A stretch of 44,580 nt of DNA from Candidatus Kapaibacterium sp. (GCA_027082775.1 JALWUI010000159.1:1-44580); one strand, 5' to 3'. Shown: positions 30,522 to 40,694, numbered from the stretch's first letter. Made by a program: numbers and translations. The notes: generated by a model from the sequence alone, not told the origin.

Positions 30522-32195
30522 ATGCGATTCTGGTGGTGGGGCGTTCTCTGGATATGCGCCGTCGGGTGGGGCAGCGCTCAGCCGATGGTTCCGGTTGTAC
30601 GGATGGATACTGTGTGGGTGGGGCAGGGGCGGATAGATACCGTAGCAGTAACACTGTCGCTCCCGTCAGATGAATCCTATCGCATCGTGGCAGTACGGGT
30701 TGTGGATGAGCGTCAGCCATTTACGGTCGCTGTACTGGATGGGGATTCGACGATTGTTCCGGGAGAACCCGTCCACCTGGTGATCCGCTGTTTGCCCAGG
30801 CATAATCTGTGGTATCAGACATTTGTGAACCTTACCGTTCGTTCAACGACGCAGCTCATTGCCCGCCCGGTTCGGCTGGAGGCTCGATGCTACTATGCGG
30901 ATTCTACCTATCGGTTTACCTGGAATCTTCAGGGATCGGCGTTGGTCAATGCCCTGTACGATTATGTGAAGGTGCATCGCGCACTGTTCTATTCCGACGC
31001 TCGCCGGCAGTTGTTCGAGTATGTGGCGAAGGGACCGGGCGATACGATCGAGTGCGTGTATTCGGGGCGGAAAATCGTTGCAAAGCGATATGAGGATGCT
31101 TATGCTCAGGGATTTAATACCGAGCACGTGTGGCCCCGAAGCTACGGCGCAGATCGGGAACCGGCAAAGTCTGATCTCCACCATTTGTTCCCGTCTGATC
31201 AGCAGATCAATGAGAAGCGGGCAAACTATCCATTTGGTCTGGTAAGTCGGCAGGTGTTGTACGAGCAGGGGGGATCCAGGCTTGGATATGATGCCGCCAA
31301 TCATATCGTTTTTGAAGTGCGACCGAAGACCCGGGGCGATATTGCCCGCGCAATGTTTTATTTTGCCCTCCGGTACCGCAATCCGCAGAATTTTCTGGCT
31401 CAGCAGGAGGCGATCCTGCGGCAGTGGCATCAGGAAGATCCGGTGGATTCGGTGGAACGGCGTCGCAATCAGCGCATTCGAACGATCCAGTATCGCCCCA
31501 ATCCATTTATCGATCATCCGGAGTTCCTGGAGCGTATTTATCAGCTCGGTGGGAATCCGGACTTTCCACCAGTGCCTGTTGTGCAATTTGCCGATTCGAT
31601 CTACCACGTGGTTGTGGATCGGCTTCCTGATACTGCCTGGTTTCCCCTGTTTAACATTGGCACGACGGCAGCAATTGCAAAAGATGGGATCGTGAAAGGG
31701 TATCGGGATACTGCAACGGTGGCGACGGCATGGATTTTGAGTGACACCATTCCAGCAGGGGGAATGGAGTTCGTCGCTCTCCGCATCGATTCCAGACAGA
31801 GGACAACAAAACAGTGGCAATCGAGGTTTGCGCAGGAAGACACGATCACGCTCCAGGTGCGATTTCGCAATGGCATACGCCCGGTGAAGGTGCCGGTGGT
31901 TATTCATCAGGCAGTTCCAGCATCGGTACCTTTGTGGTCTCAGCAGATGCCGGTCGTTACAGCGTACGGTCGTACGGCTGTCATCTATCTTCCAGATGCG
32001 TATGTTCCCTCGCCTCCAGCGGCACTTCGGGATCTGCTGGGACGGCGCTGGCAGGTTACGGCAATGGTGCAACCACAGGCAGGTGGCAGCCGAATCGTCC
32101 TGCAATGGAACGCGCCGCTGCCCTCAGGACTCTACTGGTACGTGGTTTCCTGGAATCATCGTTTGTGGATCATACCGGTTGACATTCATCCGTAA
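30522..32195 (+). CDS. Secreted endonuclease I (EndA/Dns) family nuclease with Ig-like flanks and a degenerate CTD
   Basis: NTEHVWPRS, DLHHLFP, NEKRANYPF, RGDIARAMFY, DPVDSVERRRN, NPFIDHPE. C-terminus LRDLLGR...LPSGLYW. Confidence 0.88.
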   Translation: MRFWWWGVLWICAVGWGSAQPMVPVVRMDTVWVGQGRIDTVAVTLSLPSDESYRIVAVRVVDERQPFTVAVLDGDSTIVPGEPVHLVIRCLPRHNLWYQTFVNLTVRSTTQLIARPVRLEARCYYADSTYRFTWNLQGSALVNALYDYVKVHRALFYSDARRQLFEYVAKGPGDTIECVYSGRKIVAKRYEDAYAQGFNTEHVWPRSYGADREPAKSDLHHLFPSDQQINEKRANYPFGLVSRQVLYEQGGSRLGYDAANHIVFEVRPKTRGDIARAMFYFALRYRNPQNFLAQQEAILRQWHQEDPVDSVERRRNQRIRTIQYRPNPFIDHPEFLERIYQLGGNPDFPPVPVVQFADSIYHVVVDRLPDTAWFPLFNIGTTAAIAKDGIVKGYRDTATVATAWILSDTIPAGGMEFVALRIDSRQRTTKQWQSRFAQEDTITLQVRFRNGIRPVKVPVVIHQAVPASVPLWSQQMPVVTAYGRTAVIYLPDAYVPSPPAALRDLLGRRWQVTAMVQPQAGGSRIVLQWNAPLPSGLYWYVVSWNHRLWIIPVDIHP

Positions 32196-32200
32196 CGGCG

Positions 32201-33130
32201 ATGAGAAAGGCGATTTTTTATACGCATCACTACGAAGTGCGGCTTCCGCCGGGACACCGGTTTCCAATGCAGAAATATCGAATGCTGCACCAGGCGCTGG
32301 TGCAGTCTGGATTGGCAGCAGAAGACGAGTTACTTCCTGCGCCGCTGGCAGCGCTATGGGAAATTGAGCGGGTACATACGCCGGCGTATGTGCGGGCATT
32401 TGTGGATGGATCTCTACCACCGTCTCTGGAGCGACGCATAGGGATTCCGTGGAGTCCGGTGTTTGTTCAACGAACCCTTGCCTCTGTTGGGGCAACCTTG
32501 GAAGCGGCGAGAACAGCGATGGTCACCGGCTTTGGCGCTGCTCTGTCAGGGGGAACGCACCATGCGTTTCCCGATTATGGCGAAGGGTTCTGTGTTTTTA
32601 ATGATCTGGCAATTGCCGCAACGATGTTGCTGGAGGAATATGGCGTTCACCGCATTGCCATTGTTGATCTGGATGTGCATCAGGGAAACGGTACAGCAGC
32701 GATTTTCCAGGATCATCCGGCGGTGTTTACCCTGAGCATCCACGCGGCGAATAACTATCCATTCCGCAAGGAACGTTCTTCGCTGGACATTGCGCTGCCC
32801 GATGGATGCGGCGATGGGCAGTATCTGGAAGCCTTAGATCGGGCACTGGAGGGAGTAGCACAATTCGAGCCTGAAGTCATCCTGTATCAGGCGGGCGTCG
32901 ACGTCATCCGGGAAGATCGACTGGGACGATTGAATCTCAGCTTGGAGGGAGTATACCAGCGGGATAAAAAAGTTTTGCAGTTTGCCTATATCCGAAACAT
33001 TCCAATTGTGCTGACAATGGGCGGAGGATATGGCAACCCACTGGAACAAACAATCGCAGCGCATTTGCGGACATATTCAGCGGTAGCGGAGATTTTTTAC
33101 AGGTGCTCCAGCGCAGAACGAATCTGCTGA
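32201..33130 (+). CDS. Histone deacetylase-family protein
   Basis: HRFPMQKY, GGTHHA, GFCVFND, DLDVHQGNGT, GVD...DRLG, MGGGY. Confidence 0.95.
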   Translation: MRKAIFYTHHYEVRLPPGHRFPMQKYRMLHQALVQSGLAAEDELLPAPLAALWEIERVHTPAYVRAFVDGSLPPSLERRIGIPWSPVFVQRTLASVGATLEAARTAMVTGFGAALSGGTHHAFPDYGEGFCVFNDLAIAATMLLEEYGVHRIAIVDLDVHQGNGTAAIFQDHPAVFTLSIHAANNYPFRKERSSLDIALPDGCGDGQYLEALDRALEGVAQFEPEVILYQAGVDVIREDRLGRLNLSLEGVYQRDKKVLQFAYIRNIPIVLTMGGGYGNPLEQTIAAHLRTYSAVAEIFYRCSSAERIC

Positions 33131-33453
33131 CCGGTATTGTACACGATTTTCTTGATGGTGTCGAAACTCAATTCCTTGAACTCGCTCATAATGATCTCTA
33201 AGGCATCGCCAGAAGAAAGACGTTGCGATCGGAGTTGATAGTAGCGGTGATGAATGTACCAGTTGCGCAACATTCGTTCGTTGAAAAAGCCGTGTTTCAA
33301 AAGAAAGAAATACACTTTGTCCGGCATAAAATCCCGAAAAATATTCACCTGGCAGTAAGGCGGAAGATTCTGCTGCGAAGAACTCTTTTGACAACGCTCT
33401 TCACCTGGTGAATTTTCAGCGCCTCGTTCAACGTTAATCAGTTGTACTCCCAT
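33097..33453 (-). CDS. Small hypothetical protein with a possible HTH-like C-terminus
   Basis: LRNWYIHHRYYQLRSQRLSSGDALEIIMSEFKELSFDTIKKIVY. Start uncertain. Confidence 0.6.
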   Translation of the reverse strand: MGVQLINVERGAENSPGEERCQKSSSQQNLPPYCQVNIFRDFMPDKVYFFLLKHGFFNERMLRNWYIHHRYYQLRSQRLSSGDALEIIMSEFKELSFDTIKKIVYNTGQQIRSALEHL

Positions 33454-33781
33454 TGTTGGCTCCTGCCCCTTCGTTGGACTGTTTCAGACCTTTGTTGCGA
33501 ACACTGGGACGATAGAAACGAACATTCCGTCAGGAAATTTGATAGAAAGTTGTTCTGTCTGTGAAGGTGTCGTTCAGGGGACAATGGTATTGCGGAAGCT
33601 TGCGTTTGAGTATGAGAAAAATTTCCCTCTTTTTTAGCGAGCCGCTGCTGGCAGTAAGGTCCTTGATTGCGTGGCGGAGCAGGGGGCAGGCGTTCAGTCG
33701 ATGGATGGTCTGGACCTGGTGGTTGCTTCAGGAGTTGTATTTTTGTACCAGAACAGGGGAAGAACAAACAGGCAGGATGTG

Positions 33782-35440
33782 ATGATGAAGAGGATTTTTT
33801 GCTTTATTTCAGTGCTTGGCATTTGGATGGGAGTGCTTCGAGCACAGGTACTGGACATTGCCGATGCGCGGCAGCAGCCGCCCGGCAGTGTGGTAACCGT
33901 CAGTGGGGTTGTGACCGTCGCGCAGCAATTTGGGAATCCCGCTTTTATCCAGGATCGGACTGCGGGCATTGCTGTTTATGACTTTGATTTTATCCAGCAG
34001 GTGCAGATTGGAGATTCCGTGGTAGTGCGAGGCACGCTGTCGGAGTTTGGGCAGCAGAATGGGCAGCCGGGAAGTGGATTGTTGGAGTTAACCGATGTGA
34101 CCCTGATGCAGAAAGTGTCCGGAGCGCGGATTGATACGCTTGCAGTATCGCTCGCGGCCATTGATGAAACGATCGAAGGACGATTGGTGCGCATTGATTC
34201 GGTCTTCTGGACGCTGTTGCGGGACGATTTTTTCCCTGCGGAATCGCGCAATTATGGGATTTTTGATCCAACGGGAGCGGGCGAAATTCGGGTGGATAAC
34301 AATACGGAGCTGGGAGGAAAACGGATTCCCCACACACCCTTCGATTTGATTGGCGTAGTGTCGCAGTATCGAGGGCAGTATCAGATTATGCCACGATTTG
34401 TAACCGATTTGCAGCCGCTTCCGCCGCGGCAGGCAGTGCCTGATTCCCAGCGGTTGACACTGGTGACCTGGAATTTGGAATGGTTTGGAGATCCCAATCG
34501 AGAACCATCGGATGATGCTGCCCAGTTTGCGGGTGTCTATGCGCTGATTGACAGTGTGAATGCGGATATTTACCTGCTGCAGGAAGTTGCAAACCCGACG
34601 GTATTTCAGCAGTTGGCGGATTCGCTGGCGCGCTATGACGGGTATCTGGCGCCGTACGATCAGGAGCTGCGCACGGGGTATCTGGTAAAGCGGTCGGAAA
34701 TTACAGTGCTGGACACGAATCTGCTTTTTACCGCGGCACCATCTGACGCCTGGGCGTGGGGACGGTATCCGTTCCATCTGGTGTTCCGCTGGCGGGGAGT
34801 CCGGCTGCACGTGCTCAATCTCCATATGAAGTCGGGAACCAATCTGGAGGATCAGCAGTTGCGGTGGCGGGATGCGATGATTCTGTACAATGGACTCTCC
34901 AGCCGGTGGAGCGATTCGTTGCTCATTGTTGGCGGCGACTGGAACGATGATTTCGACGAAAGTATTGTGCCGGGAGTACCATCGCCGTACGAAGCATTCG
35001 TTGCTGATTCAGGGAATTTCATCGTGCCGGATTACTGGTTGAGTGTGCGGGGCGTTGGCACCCATCGAGGAGGCTCGTTTCTGGATCATTTTGTGATGAT
35101 GGGAGTGATGCGGACTTTGCCAATTCAGTGGCAGGCAGGAGTTGTGCTGCCATCTTCTGTGGAACGGAACTTTGCAACGGTTTCGGATCATCTCCCTTTG
35201 CAACTGGAGCTGGTGTGGCAACCATCGACGGTTATCCCGGAGTGGGAAGCGGCGAAAATCCGGGTTCTCCATAAACAGCTTCTGCTGGAGCGTCCAGCAA
35301 CGATCCGGATTTATACGTTATGGGGACAGCACATTGGCACGTGGCGGCGGGTTTATCGGGTCGATCTCTCATTTTTGCCCCCGCAACCGGTCGTGTATGT
35401 GCTCAATGGGCGTCAGCGGGGGATTCTGATGGTACGGTAG
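33782..35440 (+). CDS. Secreted EEP (endonuclease/exonuclease/phosphatase) protein with N-terminal OB-folds
   Basis: Signal peptide LRA-Q; OB-fold VTVSGVVT...FIQDRTAGI; EEP motifs TWNLEWF, LQEV, NLHMKS, GGDWND, LDHF, SDHLP. TATTTTTG promoter element at 33738. Confidence 0.87.
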   Translation: MMKRIFCFISVLGIWMGVLRAQVLDIADARQQPPGSVVTVSGVVTVAQQFGNPAFIQDRTAGIAVYDFDFIQQVQIGDSVVVRGTLSEFGQQNGQPGSGLLELTDVTLMQKVSGARIDTLAVSLAAIDETIEGRLVRIDSVFWTLLRDDFFPAESRNYGIFDPTGAGEIRVDNNTELGGKRIPHTPFDLIGVVSQYRGQYQIMPRFVTDLQPLPPRQAVPDSQRLTLVTWNLEWFGDPNREPSDDAAQFAGVYALIDSVNADIYLLQEVANPTVFQQLADSLARYDGYLAPYDQELRTGYLVKRSEITVLDTNLLFTAAPSDAWAWGRYPFHLVFRWRGVRLHVLNLHMKSGTNLEDQQLRWRDAMILYNGLSSRWSDSLLIVGGDWNDDFDESIVPGVPSPYEAFVADSGNFIVPDYWLSVRGVGTHRGGSFLDHFVMMGVMRTLPIQWQAGVVLPSSVERNFATVSDHLPLQLELVWQPSTVIPEWEAAKIRVLHKQLLLERPATIRIYTLWGQHIGTWRRVYRVDLSFLPPQPVVYVLNGRQRGILMVR

Positions 35441-37313
35441 ATGTTCCACGTGGAACATTGCGGAGGTAGAGTGCCAGGATGGAAAGATCCGCAGCCGTCA
35501 CGCCAGCAATGCGCGAAGCCTGTCCCAGCGAATGTGGTCGGATCTTTGCCAGCTTTTCCCGGGCTTCGGTCGAGAGCGAAGGAATAGCGGCATAGTCGAT
35601 GTCCGGCGGAATCCGTTTTTCCTCCATCGCCCGCAGCCGCTCCACTTCCCGACGCTGCCGCTCGATGTACCCCGCATATTTGATTTCCAGTTCTACCTGT
35701 TCCCGAACGGCTGCTGGAAGGGAGGTGAGATCCCAGCCAAGCGCTGTCAACAGTTCCTCCAGTGTTACTTTGCCCCGCCGCAACAGCTTTTCCAGTGACG
35801 TGGCTTCCGTAATGGGAGCTTCGCCAATAGCGGTCAGATAGGCGTTGATAGCGTCGGGCGTTGCTTTCGTTGTTTGAAGCTGCTGGTGGAGTTGCGCGAT
35901 GGCTGCTTCTTTGGCAAGCAGTTGTTCGTACAATTCTGGTTCAATCAATCCTAATTCGTAGCCATAACGCAGCAGGCGTCGGTCTGCATTGTCCTGCCGC
36001 AGCAGCAGTCGATATTCTGCCCGCGAAGTGAACATTCGGTACGGTTCGTCGACGTCTTTGTTGATGAGATCGTCGATCAAAACGCCAATGTAGGCTTCCG
36101 ATCGCTGGAGTTTGAATTCGCCCTCACCACGTACCAGCAGTGCCGCATTGATTCCGGCAATGAGTCCCTGGGCAGCGGCTTCTTCATATCCCGACGTTCC
36201 GTTGATCTGTCCAGCGAAAAACAGCCCCCGGATTGCTTTGGTTTCCAGGGTAAAGTGGAGCTGGTAGGGGTAGAAAAAGTCGTACTCGACGGCGTAGCCG
36301 TAGCGGAGAATGCGGGCGTTTTCCATACCGGGAATGGTGCGCAGCGCCCGCTCCTGAATATCCCGCGGTAAGCTGGTGGAGAATCCGTTGACATACACCG
36401 AGTTTGTGCCCAAGCCTTCGGGTTCGAGCACGATCCGATGCGATTCTTTGTCTGCGAATCGGTACACTTTATCTTCGACCGAAGGGCAGTACCGCGGACC
36501 TCGCCCCGTGATCTTGCCCGTGAACATCGGGGAGCGATCGAAGCCTTCCGCGATAATTTCGTGTGTTTCTGCGGTCGTGCGGGTCATATAACAGAGAATC
36601 TTGTTTTCGACGGATTGGGTACGCAAAGAAAATGGCTGGGGAGGCTCATCCCCGGGATGGATTTCCATCTTGCGGAGATCGAGTGTTTCCAGAGCAACCC
36701 GTGGTGGCGTACCGGTTTTGAGCCGTCCGCGCTGGAGACCGTAACTTTCCAGCAGATCCGAGATTTTGGTGGCACTCTTTTCACCAAAGCGTCCTCCGGT
36801 TGTCGCTTCCAGTCCGGTGTACATTACTCCGTTGAGGAAGGTTCCGCCACACAGCACGACGGCTGTGGTTTTGAGCTGTTCGCGGTCGTCCAGGAGCACT
36901 CCAACGACCCGATCGTTGCGGACCAGAATTTCCGTCACCGTACCCTCAATCAGGGTTAAGCTGGGCAGGGATTGGAGCAGTTGTCGAGCGAACAGCGGAT
37001 AGAGAGCTTTATCATTTTGCGACCGGGGCGACCACACGGCAGGACCGCGGGAGCGGTTCAGGAGTTTGAACTGAATGCCGCTCCGGTCTGCTAAGACACC
37101 CATCACGCCGCCCAGGGCATCAATTTCTTTCACCAGATGCCCTTTTGCTGTTCCGCCAACGGCAGGATTACACGAAAGCCGTCCAATGGTGTCAAGGGAC
37201 ATCGTCACCAGCGCAACACGGCATCCCATCCGGGCAGCCGCCGCTGCTGCTTCGATGCCAGCGTGCCCACCGCCGATGACAATGACATCGTATGTATCCG
37301 ATCGATTGCGCAT
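35403..37313 (-). CDS. mnmG: tRNA U34 carboxymethylaminomethylation enzyme MnmG (GidA)
   Basis: GGGHAGIEAA, SCNPAVGG, RLKTGTPPR, GPRYCPSVEDK, AGQINGTSGYEEAAAQG. Confidence 0.98.
   Translation of the reverse strand: MRNRSDTYDVIVIGGGHAGIEAAAAAARMGCRVALVTMSLDTIGRLSCNPAVGGTAKGHLVKEIDALGGVMGVLADRSGIQFKLLNRSRGPAVWSPRSQNDKALYPLFARQLLQSLPSLTLIEGTVTEILVRNDRVVGVLLDDREQLKTTAVVLCGGTFLNGVMYTGLEATTGGRFGEKSATKISDLLESYGLQRGRLKTGTPPRVALETLDLRKMEIHPGDEPPQPFSLRTQSVENKILCYMTRTTAETHEIIAEGFDRSPMFTGKITGRGPRYCPSVEDKVYRFADKESHRIVLEPEGLGTNSVYVNGFSTSLPRDIQERALRTIPGMENARILRYGYAVEYDFFYPYQLHFTLETKAIRGLFFAGQINGTSGYEEAAAQGLIAGINAALLVRGEGEFKLQRSEAYIGVLIDDLINKDVDEPYRMFTSRAEYRLLLRQDNADRRLLRYGYELGLIEPELYEQLLAKEAAIAQLHQQLQTTKATPDAINAYLTAIGEAPITEATSLEKLLRRGKVTLEELLTALGWDLTSLPAAVREQVELEIKYAGYIERQRREVERLRAMEEKRIPPDIDYAAIPSLSTEAREKLAKIRPHSLGQASRIAGVTAADLSILALYLRNVPRGTSTVPSESPADAH
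35442..35457. promoter_or_regulatory. parS site (inside the mnmG 3' end)
   Basis: Perfect palindrome TGTTCCACGTGGAACA matching the TGTTNCACGTGNAACA consensus. Confidence 0.88.
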
Positions 37314-37329
37314 TGTTCCACGTGGAACA
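37314..37329. promoter_or_regulatory. parS site (abutting the mnmG start codon)
   Basis: Identical TGTTCCACGTGGAACA, filling 16 of the 18 bp between the GNAT gene and mnmG. Confidence 0.88.
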
Positions 37330-37331
37330 CT

Positions 37332-37880
37332 TTATGGTTTGAGAAACTTCACGTACAGGACGTAGTCTTCATACACATCGTCATCCAGCTTCACAGCCCG
37401 TGGTTCAGTTCCATACTGCTGGAAATCCCATCGCTGGTACAATCGACGTAAAGGGACGTTCGAGCTTGCAACCGCAGTGTGAAGCTGCTCGATAGCAGGG
37501 AGCTCAGCCCGTATCAGCTCAAACAGCGTGCGCAGCAGTTGATGAGCAATTCCCAGGCGACGAAACGTTGGATCCGTATACACCCAATCGATCGCGCCAC
37601 GGTGGTGCACTCGATGGTTGTTCGCCGGTTCGGATCGGAACCGGAGCATCGAAACCAGCTCGTTTTCGAAAAAGGCGCCCAGCAGGAAAGAAGCTGGAAA
37701 GCGGAGCAGCCGATGAAATGGCTCAGGCGAATGGCGGAATTGCTCGACGAAATACGGCAGATCGAATGGAAAGGCTTCCGGATGTTCTCGCAGCGCCTGT
37801 TCCATCAGGCGTAAGTACTCAAAGCGGTCGGTGTTGCGCAGAGGACGAATGGTAATGATGTCGAAAATGGAACGATGCAT
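37332..37880 (-). CDS. GNAT-family N-acetyltransferase
   Basis: VYTDPTFRRLGIAHQLL acetyl-CoA motif, N...LYQRWDF...GTEPRA. Confidence 0.88.
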   Translation of the reverse strand: MHRSIFDIITIRPLRNTDRFEYLRLMEQALREHPEAFPFDLPYFVEQFRHSPEPFHRLLRFPASFLLGAFFENELVSMLRFRSEPANNHRVHHRGAIDWVYTDPTFRRLGIAHQLLRTLFELIRAELPAIEQLHTAVASSNVPLRRLYQRWDFQQYGTEPRAVKLDDDVYEDYVLYVKFLKP

Positions 37881-37889
37881 TTCTGATGC

Positions 37890-39263
37890 TCATTTGCCAA
37901 TACAAAACCGTGAAAAAATGGCTTGCAGCACTTCGTCTGTATAAACTTCGCCAGTGATCTTGCCGATGGCGTTCAGCGCTTCGCGCACCTCAACAGCGAC
38001 AAATTCATTGGACAGACCGGCACGGAGTGCGTCGATTGCCGCTGCTAAGGAACGAGCAGCCGCAGCTAACAACGTTGCCTGACGTTCATTGATCAGGCCA
38101 TCGGTGACGCGCTGACTGTCCTCTTTTGCAATCGTTGCCAGTGTGCGCTTGAGCTGGCCAAGCCCTTCCCCCGTTCTGGCAGAAATGCCAAGGGTCTGAA
38201 CCGATCCGTTCGAGGGAAATGCTGAAGGAGGATCCGGGATCAGGTCCAGCTTGTTGTGGACCAGTAAATACCGCGACTGCGGATAGCGTTGCTGCAGCGC
38301 GGCAAGTAAAGAGTTTGAGTGATCAAATCCCAGCGAGGCATCGTTAAGGACCAGGACCAGATTAGACTGTTGCAAGATCGAGTGTGCCAGCTCGATCCCT
38401 TCCAGCTCAATGCGATCCGCCGGTTTGTCACGAAGACCGGCGGTGTCTACCAGTTTAATGCTCATTCCGTCCAGAAACAGCACTTCTTCAATGTAGTCGC
38501 GAGTGGTGCCCGGCAGGTCGCTGACAATTGCCCGCTGCTTGCCCAAAAGCGCATTCAGCAGAGAAGATTTTCCCGCATTGGGATATCCTACGATACCCAC
38601 AACATATCCCCCACGGAGAATTTCTGCTGCAACGACGCTATCAGCTAATTCGGAGCAAATGTGGTGAACTGCTTTTAATTGCTGGATCACGGTTTCACGG
38701 TCGATCAGCTCAATGTCTTCCTCTGCAAAGTCCAGCTCCAATTCTAATAGACCAGCGATGTCAATCAGTTGTTGCCGCAACTGTTGCAGCCGACGGGTCA
38801 GCCCACCAACCAGTTGCCGGGCGGCTGCCTGTGCGCCCGGAATGGTCTGAGCGTGGATTAAGTCGGCGACTGCTTCAACCTGCGTCAGATCCAGCTTGCC
38901 ATTGAGAAATGCCCGCTTGGTGAATTCTCCCGGCTCTGCGTGGCGAGCGCCAGCCGTGATCAGTGCGTTGAGAATCTGTTGCGTGACCAGCGGTCCCCCG
39001 TGGCAGCCAAATTCCACCACATCTTCGCCGGTGTACGAATGAGGAGCGCGGAACACTGAAGCCGTGACCGTATCAATGAGCTGCGGACCGTCGTAGAACT
39101 TCCCATAGTGAATGGTGTGGGTGGGCACTGTTGCCAGCGCCGCTTTGCCACGGAAGCAGCGATCGGCAATGATGAAAGCATCCGGTCCTGAGAGCCGGAC
39201 AATTGCAATACCCCCAATGCCGGGTGGCGTTGCCACTGCGCAAATAGTGTCTTTGCTGATCAT
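37890..39263 (-). CDS. mnmE: tRNA modification GTPase MnmE (TrmE)
   Basis: DTICAVATP, SYTGED, GYPNAGKSS, GTTRD, DTAG, NKLD, C-terminal FCIGK. Confidence 0.98.
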   Translation of the reverse strand: MISKDTICAVATPPGIGGIAIVRLSGPDAFIIADRCFRGKAALATVPTHTIHYGKFYDGPQLIDTVTASVFRAPHSYTGEDVVEFGCHGGPLVTQQILNALITAGARHAEPGEFTKRAFLNGKLDLTQVEAVADLIHAQTIPGAQAAARQLVGGLTRRLQQLRQQLIDIAGLLELELDFAEEDIELIDRETVIQQLKAVHHICSELADSVVAAEILRGGYVVGIVGYPNAGKSSLLNALLGKQRAIVSDLPGTTRDYIEEVLFLDGMSIKLVDTAGLRDKPADRIELEGIELAHSILQQSNLVLVLNDASLGFDHSNSLLAALQQRYPQSRYLLVHNKLDLIPDPPSAFPSNGSVQTLGISARTGEGLGQLKRTLATIAKEDSQRVTDGLINERQATLLAAAARSLAAAIDALRAGLSNEFVAVEVREALNAIGKITGEVYTDEVLQAIFSRFCIGK

Positions 39264-39337
39264 CTACAGACGTGCTTCGATGAAACTTCCTCCTGCTGTG
39301 TAAACCACTTATTGACGAACAATCAGCACGAAAAGCG

Positions 39338-39961
39338 TTACTCTCTTGAAAAATATCTTTCCCGGAAAGCTACAGCGGTCGGACGTTGTCGCAAGAGTTG
39401 TTTCCGTATGATCCTTTTGAGGTCGATAGCGAAATCCGCCAGAGATCGGAAAGGGCGAAACGACAGGTGGTGTTCCCGCAGCAGTGCTTCCAGATCCCCG
39501 CGAGCGTAAATAAGATCGGCGCATTCGTAGAGGACAAAAGCTGAGGAATGAGCAGAGACCAGTACCATCGTTGTATTCGCAGTCAGCAGGCTCAGGCACG
39601 AATGCAGCAACGGTGCGGCAGCGTCATTGCCAAGAGAGGCGCTATCGAGTATCCACAGATGGTCGCCGGCGATGCCCACCCGATGCAGAAGTTCCGCCAT
39701 CGGCGAGGCAGGATACCGGGAGAAGAAACAGAGGGAAAGCGGAAAAGTTTCCGTCAACCGGCAAACCGGAAAAACGCCAGTGTCGATCTGGAGGATCCGG
39801 TATCGTTCTTCCGTCTCGGAGGCAGCGGTGTGAAGCGAACGGAGAAAGGATGGAGGAATGTCGGGAAGCTGGAAAACCGTCGACTCCAGTTGGCAGAAGA
39901 TAAGGGTGGAGCGCAGGTGCAGCAGGGTTGATGTGAGATTGCCAGAATGAATAATCCTCAT
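39338..39961 (-). CDS. Hypothetical protein
   Basis: About 207-aa ORF co-oriented upstream of mnmE; no motif recognised; start uncertain. Confidence 0.4.
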   Translation of the reverse strand: MRIIHSGNLTSTLLHLRSTLIFCQLESTVFQLPDIPPSFLRSLHTAASETEERYRILQIDTGVFPVCRLTETFPLSLCFFSRYPASPMAELLHRVGIAGDHLWILDSASLGNDAAAPLLHSCLSLLTANTTMVLVSAHSSAFVLYECADLIYARGDLEALLREHHLSFRPFRSLADFAIDLKRIIRKQLLRQRPTAVAFRERYFSRE

Positions 39962-40605
39962 CGGAAATGGATCTTTTGCCTTACGCGGCAGGTTGTACGA
40001 GTGGCGCTGAGCTTCATTGTGGTGAATGCGGAATCTCAAAGCGTTGCGTTCCAAGGAAGGCGCTCGAATCCATTCGGGTTGACCACATTGCTGATAAGAA
40101 TGAGCGGAAACGGCGCGCTTTGTGAGGTTGAACAGTGACCAGAGCGCCTGCTATTGGTATTCCTAACAGTGGGAGAACAGGAGGGCTCTTCGGGGCAATG
40201 CTTTAGCAAAGGCATTGGCAGGAGAAGGGGCAGGAGGCGACGCGCGGTGTGCAGGCTCAGGGGTCGGACTGGTGGCGCCAGAGCACTCAGGGATATGCTG
40301 AATACGCTGGGCTGGATTGTCATCGGGATTTTCCGTATATTTGCAAAATAAAAAGAGGTGACCGGGGGCACGGTCACCTCTTTGCTTGTGGTGAGTTCCA
40401 GGGCGCACTGGCTGCAGGGACGGCTAATTTCCCTCCTGACACAGGGGCGCTGAGGGCATCGGGGTGAAGCGCTGTGCAGAGGGCTCTATGTTGAGAGCGT
40501 TGGCTGCCATTAATCCGTTGCCGTTGCATTCCTTTGTTTTCTGTTCCTTACCGCTCTTGCCATTCATATATCAAACACTGTGCCAAAGGGAAATTACCCT
40601 GCTTG

Positions 40606-40694
40606 CTATCGCCTTTCAAGGGTTATTGTCGGCAAATCCGATGCTCCTATAACCCACATTTCTCGCAAGAGAACAATCGTTCAAACGGCGTTGT
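40606..40694 (-). pseudogene. Possible decayed TnpB (IS200/IS605/IS607) zinc-ribbon remnant
   Basis: TTPFERLFSCEKCGL*EHR, then DLPTITLE after a frameshift. Resembles the TnpB C-terminal pattern R.F.C..CG...DRD.NAA.NL. Confidence 0.3.
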
